Assembly: GCA_040386535.1 (NCBI GenBank)
Contig: JAZKFH010000033.1
Coordinates: 1-64,000 of the forward strand
From: Myxococcota bacterium
GTDB taxonomy: Bacteria > Myxococcota_A > UBA796 > SXON01
Reading direction: 5' to 3'
DNA length: 64,000 bases
The notes under the pieces: model-generated
Database searches by the model: none
What the model saw: only the letters and a program-made list of their open reading frames with translations
What the model was told of the DNA's origin: nothing
Program-made: the position numbers and the translations under genes
In this document: positions 28,594-38,162 of the stretch, piece after piece
Layout: each line of letters begins with the position of its first letter
Position numbering within the stretch: position 1 is the first letter of the stretch

Positions 28594-29427
28594 ATGCGCA
28601 CGTCGTCTACCGGCTGGATCCCGCTGCTCGCGGGGCTGATCGCCCTCACCGGATGTGACCCGAAGGAGGAGCCGGAGCCGGTCGACACCGGCCCGTTCGA
28701 GGAGCCCGCCGAGTACACGCCCGTGGTCGGCGTGCCGACGGCGAGCGGCGAGTGGGACGGCCAGCTCAGCTACAGCCGCGTGCACCCGTACACGTACGGG
28801 GAGAAGGGGCCGCACCTCGAGGTGGAGCGCCTGACCGCCGCGGGCACCTTCTTCGAGCCCTCGGCGTGGGGCGTGTTCGATCTGATGCAGGAGGAGGGCT
28901 GCTGGACCGACGACTGGGCCGCCGGGTGGAGCGAGTACATCGACATCGGGGAGTCGCTCGAGGTGCAGGTGGGCAGCGAGACCGCCACGTTCCTCCCCGT
29001 GAACGCGGCGGACGGCGTCCTCTACGCCTGGACCGGGGAGAACCCGGCGCAGGACTGGGCGATCCTGCCGGGCAACACGCTCGCGATCGGCGGCGTGGAC
29101 ACGACGGTGACCCTGCCCGAGCCGCTGGTCATCCCCGAGCTCGGCCCGGCGTGGATCGAGTACTTCGAGACCGGCACGCTCACGCTGGAGTGGGAGCCGC
29201 CGACGATGGGCGAGACGTGGATCTACGTGCTCCGCCGCGAGACCTCGGGCGGGTACACGCGCTGCCACGTCCGGGACGACGGCGCCGTGTCGATCGTGTT
29301 CGGCTCGGTGCCGGACGAGGGCGACTACCGCCTGTTCTTCTCGCGCGTCATCTCCGCGGACGTGGAGGTCGCGCCGTACGGCCGCATGTCGGTGTACGCC
29401 GAGGATCTCGTGCTGCTCGACCCCTGA
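28594..29427 (+). CDS. Hypothetical lipoprotein
   Basis: GGAGG RBS, LTGC lipobox, beta-rich acidic body ending ..CHVRDDG..FSR. Confidence 0.75.
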   Translation: MRTSSTGWIPLLAGLIALTGCDPKEEPEPVDTGPFEEPAEYTPVVGVPTASGEWDGQLSYSRVHPYTYGEKGPHLEVERLTAAGTFFEPSAWGVFDLMQEEGCWTDDWAAGWSEYIDIGESLEVQVGSETATFLPVNAADGVLYAWTGENPAQDWAILPGNTLAIGGVDTTVTLPEPLVIPELGPAWIEYFETGTLTLEWEPPTMGETWIYVLRRETSGGYTRCHVRDDGAVSIVFGSVPDEGDYRLFFSRVISADVEVAPYGRMSVYAEDLVLLDP

Positions 29428-29467
29428 TCGGCCGATCCCGGGGTGACTGGGGCGGGGTCGGCGGGCG

Positions 29468-30994
29468 CTACCAGCCCTCGCCGCCCTTGCCCGACAAGCC
29501 GCCGGTCCGCACCAGCGCGCCCACCGCGCCCAGGACGGGATGGAGGATCTGGTCGTCCTCCCAGTAGGGCGTGACCGCGCGCACGGCCTGGCGGGCCCGC
29601 TCGACGCCCGGCGCGATGACCGCGGGGGGGCCCTCGGTGCGCACGCCGTCGGGGAACGAGAGGCCGCGGCGCCGGAAGTCCAAGGCCTGCGCGGCCAACA
29701 ACGCCTCGATGCCGACGATCTCGCTGATGCACTCGAGCACGCGCAGGGTGAGGCGCCCCGCGATGGGGCCCATGCTGACGTGATCCTCGTGGTGCTGCAC
29801 CGTGGGGATGGTGTCGACGCTGGCGGGGTGGGACAGGCCCTTGCACTCGCTCGCGAGGGAGGCCGCCGTGTACTGGGCGAGCATGAAGCCGGAGTTCAGC
29901 CCGGTGCCCTCGACGAGGAAGCTCGGCAGATCTCCCGTGAGCGAGCCGCTGGTGAGCCGGTAGGTGCGGCGCTCGGACTGCGTGGCGGCCGAGGTGAGCG
30001 CGATGCGCAGCACGTCACACGCGAGGGCCACGGGCGCGCCGTGGAAGTTGCCGGCCTCGACGACGCCCTCGCCGTCGATCCAGAGCGGGTTGTCACACGC
30101 GCCGTTGAGCTCGCGCAGGACGATGTCGCGCGCGAAGGTCAGGGCGTCCCGGGCGGCGCCGAGGACCGCGGGGGCGGCGCGGATGGAGAAGGCGTCGGGA
30201 GCGCCGGTGGGCACGGCGAGGGTGCTGCCGGCGAGGCGTGCGGCGAGGCGGGCCGCGACGAGCGTGGCGCTGCCGTGGCCGCGGGCGTCGATGGCGCTGA
30301 GCGACAGGCACCGCGTGTCGGCGCGCAGGGCCTCCATCGTCATGGCGCAGGCCACCTCCATCGCGTCGAGGATGCGCTCGGCGCGGTGGACGGCGATGGC
30401 GGCGAGCGCGCTGGTGAGCGTGGCGCCGTTGATGAGGGAGAGCGCCTCCTTGTGGGTGGGCGCGTACGCGGGCAGGTCGTAGGCGGGCGACGTGTCGCTC
30501 TCGACGAGCGTGCCGTCGGGGAGGCGCACGGCCCCGCCGAGGCCGCAGAGCACGCGGGCCACGTGGGCGAGCGGCGCGAGATCCCCGGCGGCGCCGACGG
30601 AGCCCTGGGAGGGCACGACGGGCGTGATGTTGCGGTTCAACAGGGCGAGCATCGCCTCGACGAGGGCGGGCCGGACGCCGGAGTAGCCGGTGGCGAACAC
30701 GTTGGCGCGGCAGACGATCAGCGCGCGCACGATGGGCGACGGGAGCGGATCGCCCACGCCGGCGCAGTGGCCGAGGATGAAGGTGGAGACGAGATCGCCG
30801 TCGGGGGCGAGGGCCTCGCCGACGAGGTACCGGCGCTTCTGCTCGAGCACGCTGGGGAGCTCGGCGTAGGCGGCGGCGGAGTGCTCCATGCGGGCCCGGG
30901 CGTCCCCCGCGAGCAGCACGCGGGCGCCGTGCGCGACGGCGGCGACGTGGTCGGGCGTCAGGGCCTGCCCGTTGAGGATGACGACGGTGCTCAC
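29468..30994 (-). CDS. Histidine ammonia-lyase paralog lacking the MIO serine and the catalytic Tyr loop
   Basis: HAL-family motifs GHCAGVG, GSVGAAGDLAPLAH, KEALSLING, DNPL, GNFHG, NSGFMLAQ, EDHVSMG; GTG overlaps upstream stop (GTGA 30994-30991). Confidence 0.88.
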   Translation of the reverse strand: MSTVVILNGQALTPDHVAAVAHGARVLLAGDARARMEHSAAAYAELPSVLEQKRRYLVGEALAPDGDLVSTFILGHCAGVGDPLPSPIVRALIVCRANVFATGYSGVRPALVEAMLALLNRNITPVVPSQGSVGAAGDLAPLAHVARVLCGLGGAVRLPDGTLVESDTSPAYDLPAYAPTHKEALSLINGATLTSALAAIAVHRAERILDAMEVACAMTMEALRADTRCLSLSAIDARGHGSATLVAARLAARLAGSTLAVPTGAPDAFSIRAAPAVLGAARDALTFARDIVLRELNGACDNPLWIDGEGVVEAGNFHGAPVALACDVLRIALTSAATQSERRTYRLTSGSLTGDLPSFLVEGTGLNSGFMLAQYTAASLASECKGLSHPASVDTIPTVQHHEDHVSMGPIAGRLTLRVLECISEIVGIEALLAAQALDFRRRGLSFPDGVRTEGPPAVIAPGVERARQAVRAVTPYWEDDQILHPVLGAVGALVRTGGLSGKGGEGW

Positions 30995-32514
30995 AGGCCC
31001 TCCAGCTGGCCGTCGGCGATGAGGCGCGCGACGGCTTCGATCTGCTCGGACGGCACCCGGGTGCCCTCCAACGCGGCCTCGACCCGCCCCAACGCCACGG
31101 ACGCGCCGGCGCCGAGCGTGACGGGCGTGCCGGAGGGCTCGCCGAGCCGGAAGCGGAGGGCGCGCGCGGCGCACAACAGCTCGATGGCGACGACGCGACG
31201 GCTGTTCTCGACGGTCTCGCGCAGGCGCCAGGCGGCGGTGGTGCTCATCGCCACGTGGTCCTCCTGGTCCTCGCAGGTGGGGATGGAGTCCATCGTGGCG
31301 GGCCAGCCGAGCGCCTTGTTCTCGGAGACCAGCGCGGCGGCGGTGGTCTGCGGGACCATCATGCCGAGGCCCGGGCGGTCGGCGCCGACGAGCGCGGGCG
31401 GGAGCCGCACCGAGAGCGAGCCCGTGGTGAGGCGGAACAGGCGGCGCTCGGAGAGGGAGCCGATCTCGGCGACGGCGATGCGCATCGCGTCCGCCGCCAT
31501 GCCGACGGGCTCGCCGTGGAACAGGCCCGCGGAGAAGGCGTGGTCGGGGCCCTCCTGGTCCATGAGCATGACCGGGTTGTCGGTGACCGCGTTGATCTCG
31601 ACCGACACCTGGGCGCGGCCGAACGCGAGCGTGTCGCGACAGGCGCCGAGCACGACGGGCGTGCAGCGCAGCGAGTAGGCGTCCTGGACCTTGCCGGGCA
31701 ACGAGTCGACCAGCGAGGAGCCCGCGAGGAGGCGCAGCAGGCGCGCGGCCGAGGCGATGGCGCCCGGGTAGGGGCGCAGGGCGTGGACCGCGGGGTGGAA
31801 GGCGCGGGTGACGCCGCGCAGGCCCTCGATGCTCATCGCGGCGGCGACCTCGGCGGCGCGCAGGAGCACGTCGGCGTCGTGCGCGGCGAGCGCGGTGATC
31901 GCGGTCGTGAGCTGGGCGCCGTTGGTGATGGCGAGGCCGTCCTTCGCGGCGGGCGCGAGCGTCGGGATGCCGGCGCGGCGCATGGCGTCGGGGCCCGACA
32001 GCTTGAGGCCGCCGTGTTCGGCCTCGCCGCCCTCGCCGAACAGGACGAGGCCGAGGTGCGAGAGCGGCGCGAGATCGCCGCTGGAGCCGCACGAGCCCTG
32101 GCGCGGCACGACGGGCAGGACGCCGGCGGCGAGCATCGCCAGGAGGGTCTCCACCAGGGCGGGGCGGCAGCCGCTCGCGCCGTGGGCGAGCGCGTTGGCG
32201 CGCAGCAGCATCATCGCGCGCACGACCTCGGCCGGCGCGGGCGGGCCGACGCCGGCGGCGTGGGAGCGGATGAGGTTGCGGGAGAGCGCGGCGGTGCTCT
32301 CGGGGGGGATGCGGACGCGCGCGAGCGAGCCGAACCCGGTGTTGATGCCGTAGATGGGGGCGTCGCCGTGGGTGACGGCCTGCACCCAGGCCAGCGAGCG
32401 CTCCATGCGCGCCCGCGCGTCGGCCGCGAGGGTGGCGGTCGTGCCCGCGCGGGCGACGGCGATCAGGGTGTCGACGGTGAGCGAGCGGCCGTCGAGGACG
32501 ATGGGGGCGCTCAC
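30991..32514 (-). CDS. hutH: Histidine ammonia-lyase (MIO-forming, SSG variant)
   Basis: YGINTGFG, LIRSHAAGVG, GSCGSSGDLAPLSH, KDGLAITNG, QDAYSLRC, TDNP, QEDHV; GTG overlaps upstream stop (32514-32511). Confidence 0.85.
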   Translation of the reverse strand: MSAPIVLDGRSLTVDTLIAVARAGTTATLAADARARMERSLAWVQAVTHGDAPIYGINTGFGSLARVRIPPESTAALSRNLIRSHAAGVGPPAPAEVVRAMMLLRANALAHGASGCRPALVETLLAMLAAGVLPVVPRQGSCGSSGDLAPLSHLGLVLFGEGGEAEHGGLKLSGPDAMRRAGIPTLAPAAKDGLAITNGAQLTTAITALAAHDADVLLRAAEVAAAMSIEGLRGVTRAFHPAVHALRPYPGAIASAARLLRLLAGSSLVDSLPGKVQDAYSLRCTPVVLGACRDTLAFGRAQVSVEINAVTDNPVMLMDQEGPDHAFSAGLFHGEPVGMAADAMRIAVAEIGSLSERRLFRLTTGSLSVRLPPALVGADRPGLGMMVPQTTAAALVSENKALGWPATMDSIPTCEDQEDHVAMSTTAAWRLRETVENSRRVVAIELLCAARALRFRLGEPSGTPVTLGAGASVALGRVEAALEGTRVPSEQIEAVARLIADGQLEGL

Positions 32515-33242
32515 GGGATGGTCTCCCATACGTCCTCCGGGCCCTTCACGAGCGTGGTGCCGTCGATCCGGAACCAGGTCCGGAAGCCCTTGTTGCCGGT
32601 CTGGCCGTGCACGAGCACGTCGAGGACGCCGTCCCCGTCGCGATCCACCGGCGCGATGATCTTGGGGACGGCGCAGGTGCGCGTGGCGGCGTCGAGCAGG
32701 GTGGCCGACAACAGCGCCGTCCCCTTGGCGTCCAGGAGGCCCACGGCGGCCTTGCAGTTGGCGCCCGTGCGCACGTCGGCCGGGCCGTCGAACTTGCCCG
32801 CCCCCACGTCGTCCCCGGTGGCCGTCACGAGGTAGATCGGCGGCGCCTTGTCGCGGCGCACCTTGACCACGCTGCGCACGTACACGCCGCCCGACTTCGC
32901 CGCGTCCGGCGGCGCGGCCCCCGCGGGCAGGGGCGCCCTGTCGGCCGGCACGAGCAGGTCCTTCATGCGGAAGCCCGCGGTCTCCACCATGGCGGCGGTC
33001 ACCGGCTGCGACTTCTTGGGCGCCGGCACCTCGCGGTCGACGATCCAGAGCGGCCCGTCCTCGCCGATGAGCGAGGATCCCGCCACCCCCGGCGTCGGCA
33101 CGCGCTTCACCGTGCCCCCGGCGCCCCACACGAGCACTTCTTCCGTGCGCGTCCCGTTCACGACGGCGTTCGGCCCAGAACGATAGACGCCGAGCGAGGT
33201 GGGCTCGCGCTGGCAGGCGGAGAGGAGCAGGAGGGTCAGCAT
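32511..33242 (-). CDS. Lipoprotein with a DxDGDG calcium-binding-type motif
   Basis: MLTLLLLSAC lipobox; VDRDGDGVLDVLV. Confidence 0.75.
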   Translation of the reverse strand: MLTLLLLSACQREPTSLGVYRSGPNAVVNGTRTEEVLVWGAGGTVKRVPTPGVAGSSLIGEDGPLWIVDREVPAPKKSQPVTAAMVETAGFRMKDLLVPADRAPLPAGAAPPDAAKSGGVYVRSVVKVRRDKAPPIYLVTATGDDVGAGKFDGPADVRTGANCKAAVGLLDAKGTALLSATLLDAATRTCAVPKIIAPVDRDGDGVLDVLVHGQTGNKGFRTWFRIDGTTLVKGPEDVWETIP

Positions 33243-33309
33243 CGCCTCGCGCTTAACCCCGCGCGGCGCCACCGGTCGGATCGCCCGACGCGGGCCAGCC
33301 GGGCGCCAG

Positions 33310-33433
33310 ACGACGACGGCCCCTGTTCGGGAGGAACAGGGGCCGTACGGGATGTCGAAGGGGGTGACCGGGCCTCCCCGAGCGCCAGACGAACAGGGGG
33401 GACGCATCCGACTGCATCGAGGACGTCCCGGTC
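33310..33433 (-). ncRNA. Candidate structured sRNA or cis-regulatory leader (~120 nt)
   Basis: TAGCTT (33445-33440), N6, then a long rod GACCGGG...CCCGGTC with G-U pairs only on the minus strand and a C-rich apex, followed by a 13-bp hairpin. Confidence 0.45.
33316..33346 (-). terminator. Terminator-like hairpin, 13-bp perfect stem, no U-tract
   Basis: ACGGCCCCTGTTC-GGGAG-GAACAGGGGCCGT. Confidence 0.45.
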
Positions 33434-33457
33434 CTCTTCAAGCTAACGCGAACCGCG

Positions 33458-34696
33458 CTATTCGCCCGCGGTCGTGAGGCGCTCGTCGCCACAGACGGGA
33501 GTGTTGTTCTCCTCGCGCTTGACCTCTTCGAGCGTGCCCTGGTCGAAGCCCCAGATGTCCTCGCGCACGTGGTCGATGCTGAACGTGCCGCGCACGAGCA
33601 CCTTCGACGCCGCCGCGAGGCCCTCGAGGTAGATCTGGAACTCGCCGGTGATCGGCGTGCCGTTGTTGATCTCGATGGCTTCCGGGTTGTCGATGCGGAC
33701 CCAGGAGGGGCTCACGCCCAGCCAGCCGTCGAGGCCGGAGGCCACGTCGTCCGAGGGGCGCCAGCTGTTGTCCTCGATCTTCATCTCGAGCGGGAACGAC
33801 GACTGGCCCAGGGTGGCGAGGTCGGTCACGTCATCCGCGAAGAAGGCCTCGGTGGACTCGACCCAGTTGTTGTAGATCTCTTCGGGGTTGACGCCGCGGG
33901 GCTTGGGGATGGCGGTCCCCTCCTGCCCGTCGTCCGCGCCGACGTACGAGTTCACGTAGAAGGGGCGGTACGCCTCGTCCGCGTAGTCCACCGCGTGGCC
34001 GTAGAACTCCTCGTCCGCGAAGCGGGCGAAGGTGTAGCCGGCCTGCCACTCCTGCTCGAAGTACCAGGCGGTGCCGTTGTCGCTCGGGTTGATCTGGTAG
34101 GCGCCGGAGTTCAGGTGCCAGAGGGTGCCCTTCTCCTCCTTGGCGGACCAGCCCTCGAGCCAGCTGCCGTCCACGTCGACTTGTTCCGCGCCGTCGGCGC
34201 CGTCCACGCAGTCCTGGGGCTGGAACGTCGGATCGATGACCCAGCCGAAGCGGAAGTCGCCGAACTTGGGGAAGTCCATGTGCACGGTGAGCTGGAGATC
34301 ACCTTCGGTGGTGAGCACGGCCTCGGTGCGCCACGCGTCGACCTTGCCCTCGTTCTTGTAGTAGGCGTAGTCGTCCAGCCAGGTGAACCAGGCGGGCTGG
34401 ATCGGGTCGGTACAATTCTCGCCTTCGCCCGAGGCGCAGCACGAGGCGGCGTAGTCGACGCCGCCGAGGCGGGCGGCCTCGATCGCTTCGTCCGAATCGA
34501 GGTCCGAAAGATCGCGGCAGTCGATCGGCGTCAGGTTGAGCTTGCCGGGCGCGCCCTCGACGTCGGTGCCGGTCCGCTCGAGGCGGTTGATGTTCTCCGA
34601 GCTCGTGGCCGCGAGGAAGATCGCGTAGTCCGCCGTGACTTCGGCATCTTGCGGCGCGCAGCCGGCGAACAGCAGGGAGAGGGGAAGCAGCGTCAT
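33458..34696 (-). CDS. Acidic lipoprotein, unknown function
   Basis: FAGC lipobox; 412-aa ORF with host codon usage. Confidence 0.8.
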   Translation of the reverse strand: MTLLPLSLLFAGCAPQDAEVTADYAIFLAATSSENINRLERTGTDVEGAPGKLNLTPIDCRDLSDLDSDEAIEAARLGGVDYAASCCASGEGENCTDPIQPAWFTWLDDYAYYKNEGKVDAWRTEAVLTTEGDLQLTVHMDFPKFGDFRFGWVIDPTFQPQDCVDGADGAEQVDVDGSWLEGWSAKEEKGTLWHLNSGAYQINPSDNGTAWYFEQEWQAGYTFARFADEEFYGHAVDYADEAYRPFYVNSYVGADDGQEGTAIPKPRGVNPEEIYNNWVESTEAFFADDVTDLATLGQSSFPLEMKIEDNSWRPSDDVASGLDGWLGVSPSWVRIDNPEAIEINNGTPITGEFQIYLEGLAAASKVLVRGTFSIDHVREDIWGFDQGTLEEVKREENNTPVCGDERLTTAGE

Positions 34697-34742
34697 GGGC
34701 TCGACTCCGACCGTGGCTTATAGGCCGACAGACACGCGGGCG

Positions 34743-35735
34743 TCAAGCTGCACGCTCGCCGGGCTGCCCCGGAGAAGCCTGTACCGCAGCCGGCACCCCG
34801 GCTTTGTGATCACCCCAGGCCCAGGTAAAGCCCAGCTCCTTCTCCAGCCGATCGGTGCGCAGCCGCACGGAGGCCGTGTAGAGCCGGAGGTTGTCCTCGG
34901 TGAAGCGGGGGCGGCGCCCGAGGCCCGCGACGACGCGCTCGTTGGCGCGCGCGACGGCGAGCTGGAGCGCGCTCGGGATCCACGTCGACCAGAAGCGCAC
35001 CGGGGCGCCGCCGCTGGCCGCGTGGACCGCCGCGTAGAACTCCTTCAACGTCGGCGCGGTGCGCCCGGCCACGTGGAAGATGCCGCCGACGTCGGCGTCT
35101 CCGATGCGCAGGAGCGCGGCGACACAGTCGTCGACGTGCACCACGGGCACGATGTTGCGCCCCTCGCCGGGGAGCCACGCCTTCTGGGCGCGCATCCGGT
35201 CGGCGAGCAGGAAGGAGAACCCCGGCCCGTACACCGCGGCGATGCGCGCGATGCGCGACGGGAGGCCCGCCGCCGTGACCGCGGCCTCGGCCGCCACCTT
35301 GGCGACGCCGTAGGTGGTGTGGGGGCTCGGCGGGTAGTCCTCGGCGACCCAGAGGCCGCTGCGGTCGCCGTAGACGGCGCAGCTCGAGGCGTACACGAAC
35401 GCGCGGAGCGGGGGCCCCTTGGCGGCGCGCACGGCGGCCAGCACGGCCTCGGTGCCCTCGCGGTTGAGGCGGTCGGCGGTGTCCTGGCCCGCGCCGCGCA
35501 CGCCCCCGGCGAGGTGGTACACGACGGTGGCGCCGGTGAGCGCGTCCGCCAGCGCCGCCGCGTCGAACAAGGTTCCCTTCACGAGCCGCGCGCCCGGGAG
35601 GTCGGTGACCTTGCCGGGATCGCGCGTGAGCACGGTCACGTGGTCGCCGCGGGCCAGCAGCGCGCGTACCAGCGGCGCGCCGATGCGCCCGGTGCCGCCG
35701 GTCACCAGCACGGTCTCCGAAGCGAGCGAGCGCAT
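34743..35735 (-). CDS. NAD-dependent epimerase/dehydratase (extended SDR)
   Basis: TGGTGRIG, YHLAG, ASSCAVYG, YGVAK and VHVDD motifs. Confidence 0.9.
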   Translation of the reverse strand: MRSLASETVLVTGGTGRIGAPLVRALLARGDHVTVLTRDPGKVTDLPGARLVKGTLFDAAALADALTGATVVYHLAGGVRGAGQDTADRLNREGTEAVLAAVRAAKGPPLRAFVYASSCAVYGDRSGLWVAEDYPPSPHTTYGVAKVAAEAAVTAAGLPSRIARIAAVYGPGFSFLLADRMRAQKAWLPGEGRNIVPVVHVDDCVAALLRIGDADVGGIFHVAGRTAPTLKEFYAAVHAASGGAPVRFWSTWIPSALQLAVARANERVVAGLGRRPRFTEDNLRLYTASVRLRTDRLEKELGFTWAWGDHKAGVPAAVQASPGQPGERAA

Positions 35736-35737
35736 CG

Positions 35738-38140
35738 TTACTCCGTGGCCCGCGCGTAGAGCAGCGTGCCGATCCAGTCGTCGCCCTCGCTCGCCACGTC
35801 CGGGGCAGGATCCTGGCCGAAGAGGAAGGCGTCGGGGAGGCCGTCGCCGTCGAGGTCTCCGTAGCGGACCGCGTCACCCACGGGGCGGAAGGTCCAGCTG
35901 CCGACGGGGGGCGTCACGCCGCCGGGCACGCCGCGGTGGATCCGCACCGCGCCACCCTGCCCCATCACGAGGTCGGCGAGGCCGTCGCCATCGGCGTCGT
36001 CCACGCGGAGGGCGCCGAACGCATCGACGATGTCCTGGGCGCGCGACGTGTCGCCGTAGCCGATCACGACGCTGCCCTCTGCCGCCGCCACGATGTCGGC
36101 CAGGCCGTCTCCGTCGAGGTCGGCGATGCTCGTGGAGCAGCCGGCGGTGGCGCAACCGAAGAGCTCGTCGAGGCCGTCTCCGTCGAGATCGCCCGCGGCG
36201 AGGCCGTCGGCGGCCGCGAGGGTCTCGCCGAGGACGATCGTGCCGTCGGCGCCGACGTACTGGACGAAGCCGGTCGAGTCGGCCACGGCGACCTCGCCGT
36301 CGAGGAAGGCGCCGCACGCGACCTGGGAGCCGAGCACGGAGACGCGCGATCCGTCGACCGTCGGCCCGAGGGTGGCACCGAAGTTGACCCGGACGAGCCA
36401 GTTGGCGACGAGGCCGGTGCTGTCGGCCTCCTCGTAGAGCGCGTAGGCCCGCGTGCCGCACACCGCGAGATCGAGCGCGGTGCCGCTGCCGCTGAGCGTG
36501 GTGGCGCCGCCGCTGCGGAGGGTCTCCACGGTCGTGTCGGTCTTCGGCACGCCGTAGAAGCCCTGGAGGGCGACGCCCGAGGTGCCGCCGCTCGGCAGGA
36601 CGAGGCCCACGACGTCGACGATGAGGTCACCGTTGACGTCCTGGACGGCGGGCTCGGCGAGGAGCTTGATGCCGAACACCGTCGGGGCCGCGGTGCGTAC
36701 GACCCACGACTCGGGCACGTCGGCCCCGGACGAGTCGGTGTCGCGCGCGCCGTGGAGCACCCGGAGCGCGGTGCCGCCCAGGATCGCGTCCACGATGCCG
36801 TCCTCGTCTACGTCGTCGAGCTCGACGCTGGGGCCGGAGGGCATGTCGCGGCGGCCGGTCAGGGTGAAGGTCTCCCCGTCCCACGCGGCCCAGTAGAGCT
36901 TCTCGGGGGTGGTGAAGGCGATGTCGACCACGCCGTCTCCCGTCAGGTCTCCGAGGGCCAGCCCCAGCCACGGATAGGCGCCTTCGACGCTGGCGATGGG
37001 GTACTGCGAGGGCTCCGCGGCCCCGGCGGTCACGACCCAGGCCACCCAGCCGCTGCCGTCGAGCGAGGGCCCGGAGACGATGAGCTCGGGGATGCCGTCC
37101 CCCGTCAGATCGGTGGACGGCCACAGGCGGCCGCCATCCCCCGTGCCCATCGAGTACTGCGAGTTCTCCAGCGTCACGGCCCACGAGCCGTCGAGCCGCG
37201 TGTAGCGCCGCAGGAAGCCGTCCTCCGTGAGGACGGTCAGCTCGGTGACGCCGTTGCCGTCGAGATCCTCGACGGACAGGCCGTACACCTTGTACTCCGT
37301 GAGCTCCAACCAGTCGGCCGGGGTGAAGCCCCAGAGGCCGTCGCCGTCGAGCTGGTAGATCCACGACCCCTCGCCGTCGAGCAGGGCGAGGGACAGGTCC
37401 TTCACGCTGTCGCCGTCCCGATCCGCCACGACCACGGCGCTGATGGTGCGCCCCTCGGTGGCCGCCCAGCCGCCGCCCCACACGAGCCCGCCGTTGTCGC
37501 GGCCGCGCAGCAGCACGACACGGGACGTGGTGGTGACGACCACGTCGGTCACGCCGTCGGCGTCGATCTCGGTGGAGGACAAGGTCACGATCGGCTCTTC
37601 GAGCGCGAGCACCCGCACCGGGGGCGCACCGTTCCACCCGCTCCACCACACCTCGCCGCCGAGCGCGTAGGCCACGCCACCCGCGGCGCGCGCGATCACG
37701 GTCGCGTCGCCCGCGACGGGGATCGCCAGCGCGTCGATCGATCCGGGTGCCCCGTCCACGGCCCACGCCGCGCCGTCGGCGGTCATGCCCCCGACCGTGG
37801 CCTGGACGCCGTAGCGGCCCCGGCCCGGAGTGGTCACCTCCGCGGTTGCCCAGCCGTCCGCCCCCGGCGTGACCGTGCCGCTGACCGTCCCCTCCGACGT
37901 GACCGTGATCGTGTCGGTCGGCACGACCGCGCCCAGCGCGGAGGTCGCGTACAGCGGCACCATCAGTGGCGACGTGCCGAGCCCCTCGCCCACCCACACC
38001 CCGACGGGGGTGGCGTCCTCGGCCTCGAGCAGGGCGGGCGCCACTTCCTCGGTGGCGCAGCCCTTGCAGCCGGCGACGAGCACGAGGAGGCACGCGGCGC
38101 CGTGTGCGGACAACACGGGCCGGCGGCGGAGGATGGTCAT
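35738..38140 (-). CDS. FG-GAP/VCBS repeat lipoprotein
   Basis: VAGC lipobox; more than ten D-x-D/T-G-D-G-x-x-D/E motifs. Confidence 0.85.
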   Translation of the reverse strand: MTILRRRPVLSAHGAACLLVLVAGCKGCATEEVAPALLEAEDATPVGVWVGEGLGTSPLMVPLYATSALGAVVPTDTITVTSEGTVSGTVTPGADGWATAEVTTPGRGRYGVQATVGGMTADGAAWAVDGAPGSIDALAIPVAGDATVIARAAGGVAYALGGEVWWSGWNGAPPVRVLALEEPIVTLSSTEIDADGVTDVVVTTTSRVVLLRGRDNGGLVWGGGWAATEGRTISAVVVADRDGDSVKDLSLALLDGEGSWIYQLDGDGLWGFTPADWLELTEYKVYGLSVEDLDGNGVTELTVLTEDGFLRRYTRLDGSWAVTLENSQYSMGTGDGGRLWPSTDLTGDGIPELIVSGPSLDGSGWVAWVVTAGAAEPSQYPIASVEGAYPWLGLALGDLTGDGVVDIAFTTPEKLYWAAWDGETFTLTGRRDMPSGPSVELDDVDEDGIVDAILGGTALRVLHGARDTDSSGADVPESWVVRTAAPTVFGIKLLAEPAVQDVNGDLIVDVVGLVLPSGGTSGVALQGFYGVPKTDTTVETLRSGGATTLSGSGTALDLAVCGTRAYALYEEADSTGLVANWLVRVNFGATLGPTVDGSRVSVLGSQVACGAFLDGEVAVADSTGFVQYVGADGTIVLGETLAAADGLAAGDLDGDGLDELFGCATAGCSTSIADLDGDGLADIVAAAEGSVVIGYGDTSRAQDIVDAFGALRVDDADGDGLADLVMGQGGAVRIHRGVPGGVTPPVGSWTFRPVGDAVRYGDLDGDGLPDAFLFGQDPAPDVASEGDDWIGTLLYARATE

Positions 38141-38162
38141 GGGGAACCTCGACGGAACGGGA

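Noticed and set aside
29468..30994. Calling the AAG ammonia-lyase paralog a pseudogene
   Set aside because: Full length, no frameshift or stop, coupled start and selectively conserved C-terminal motifs
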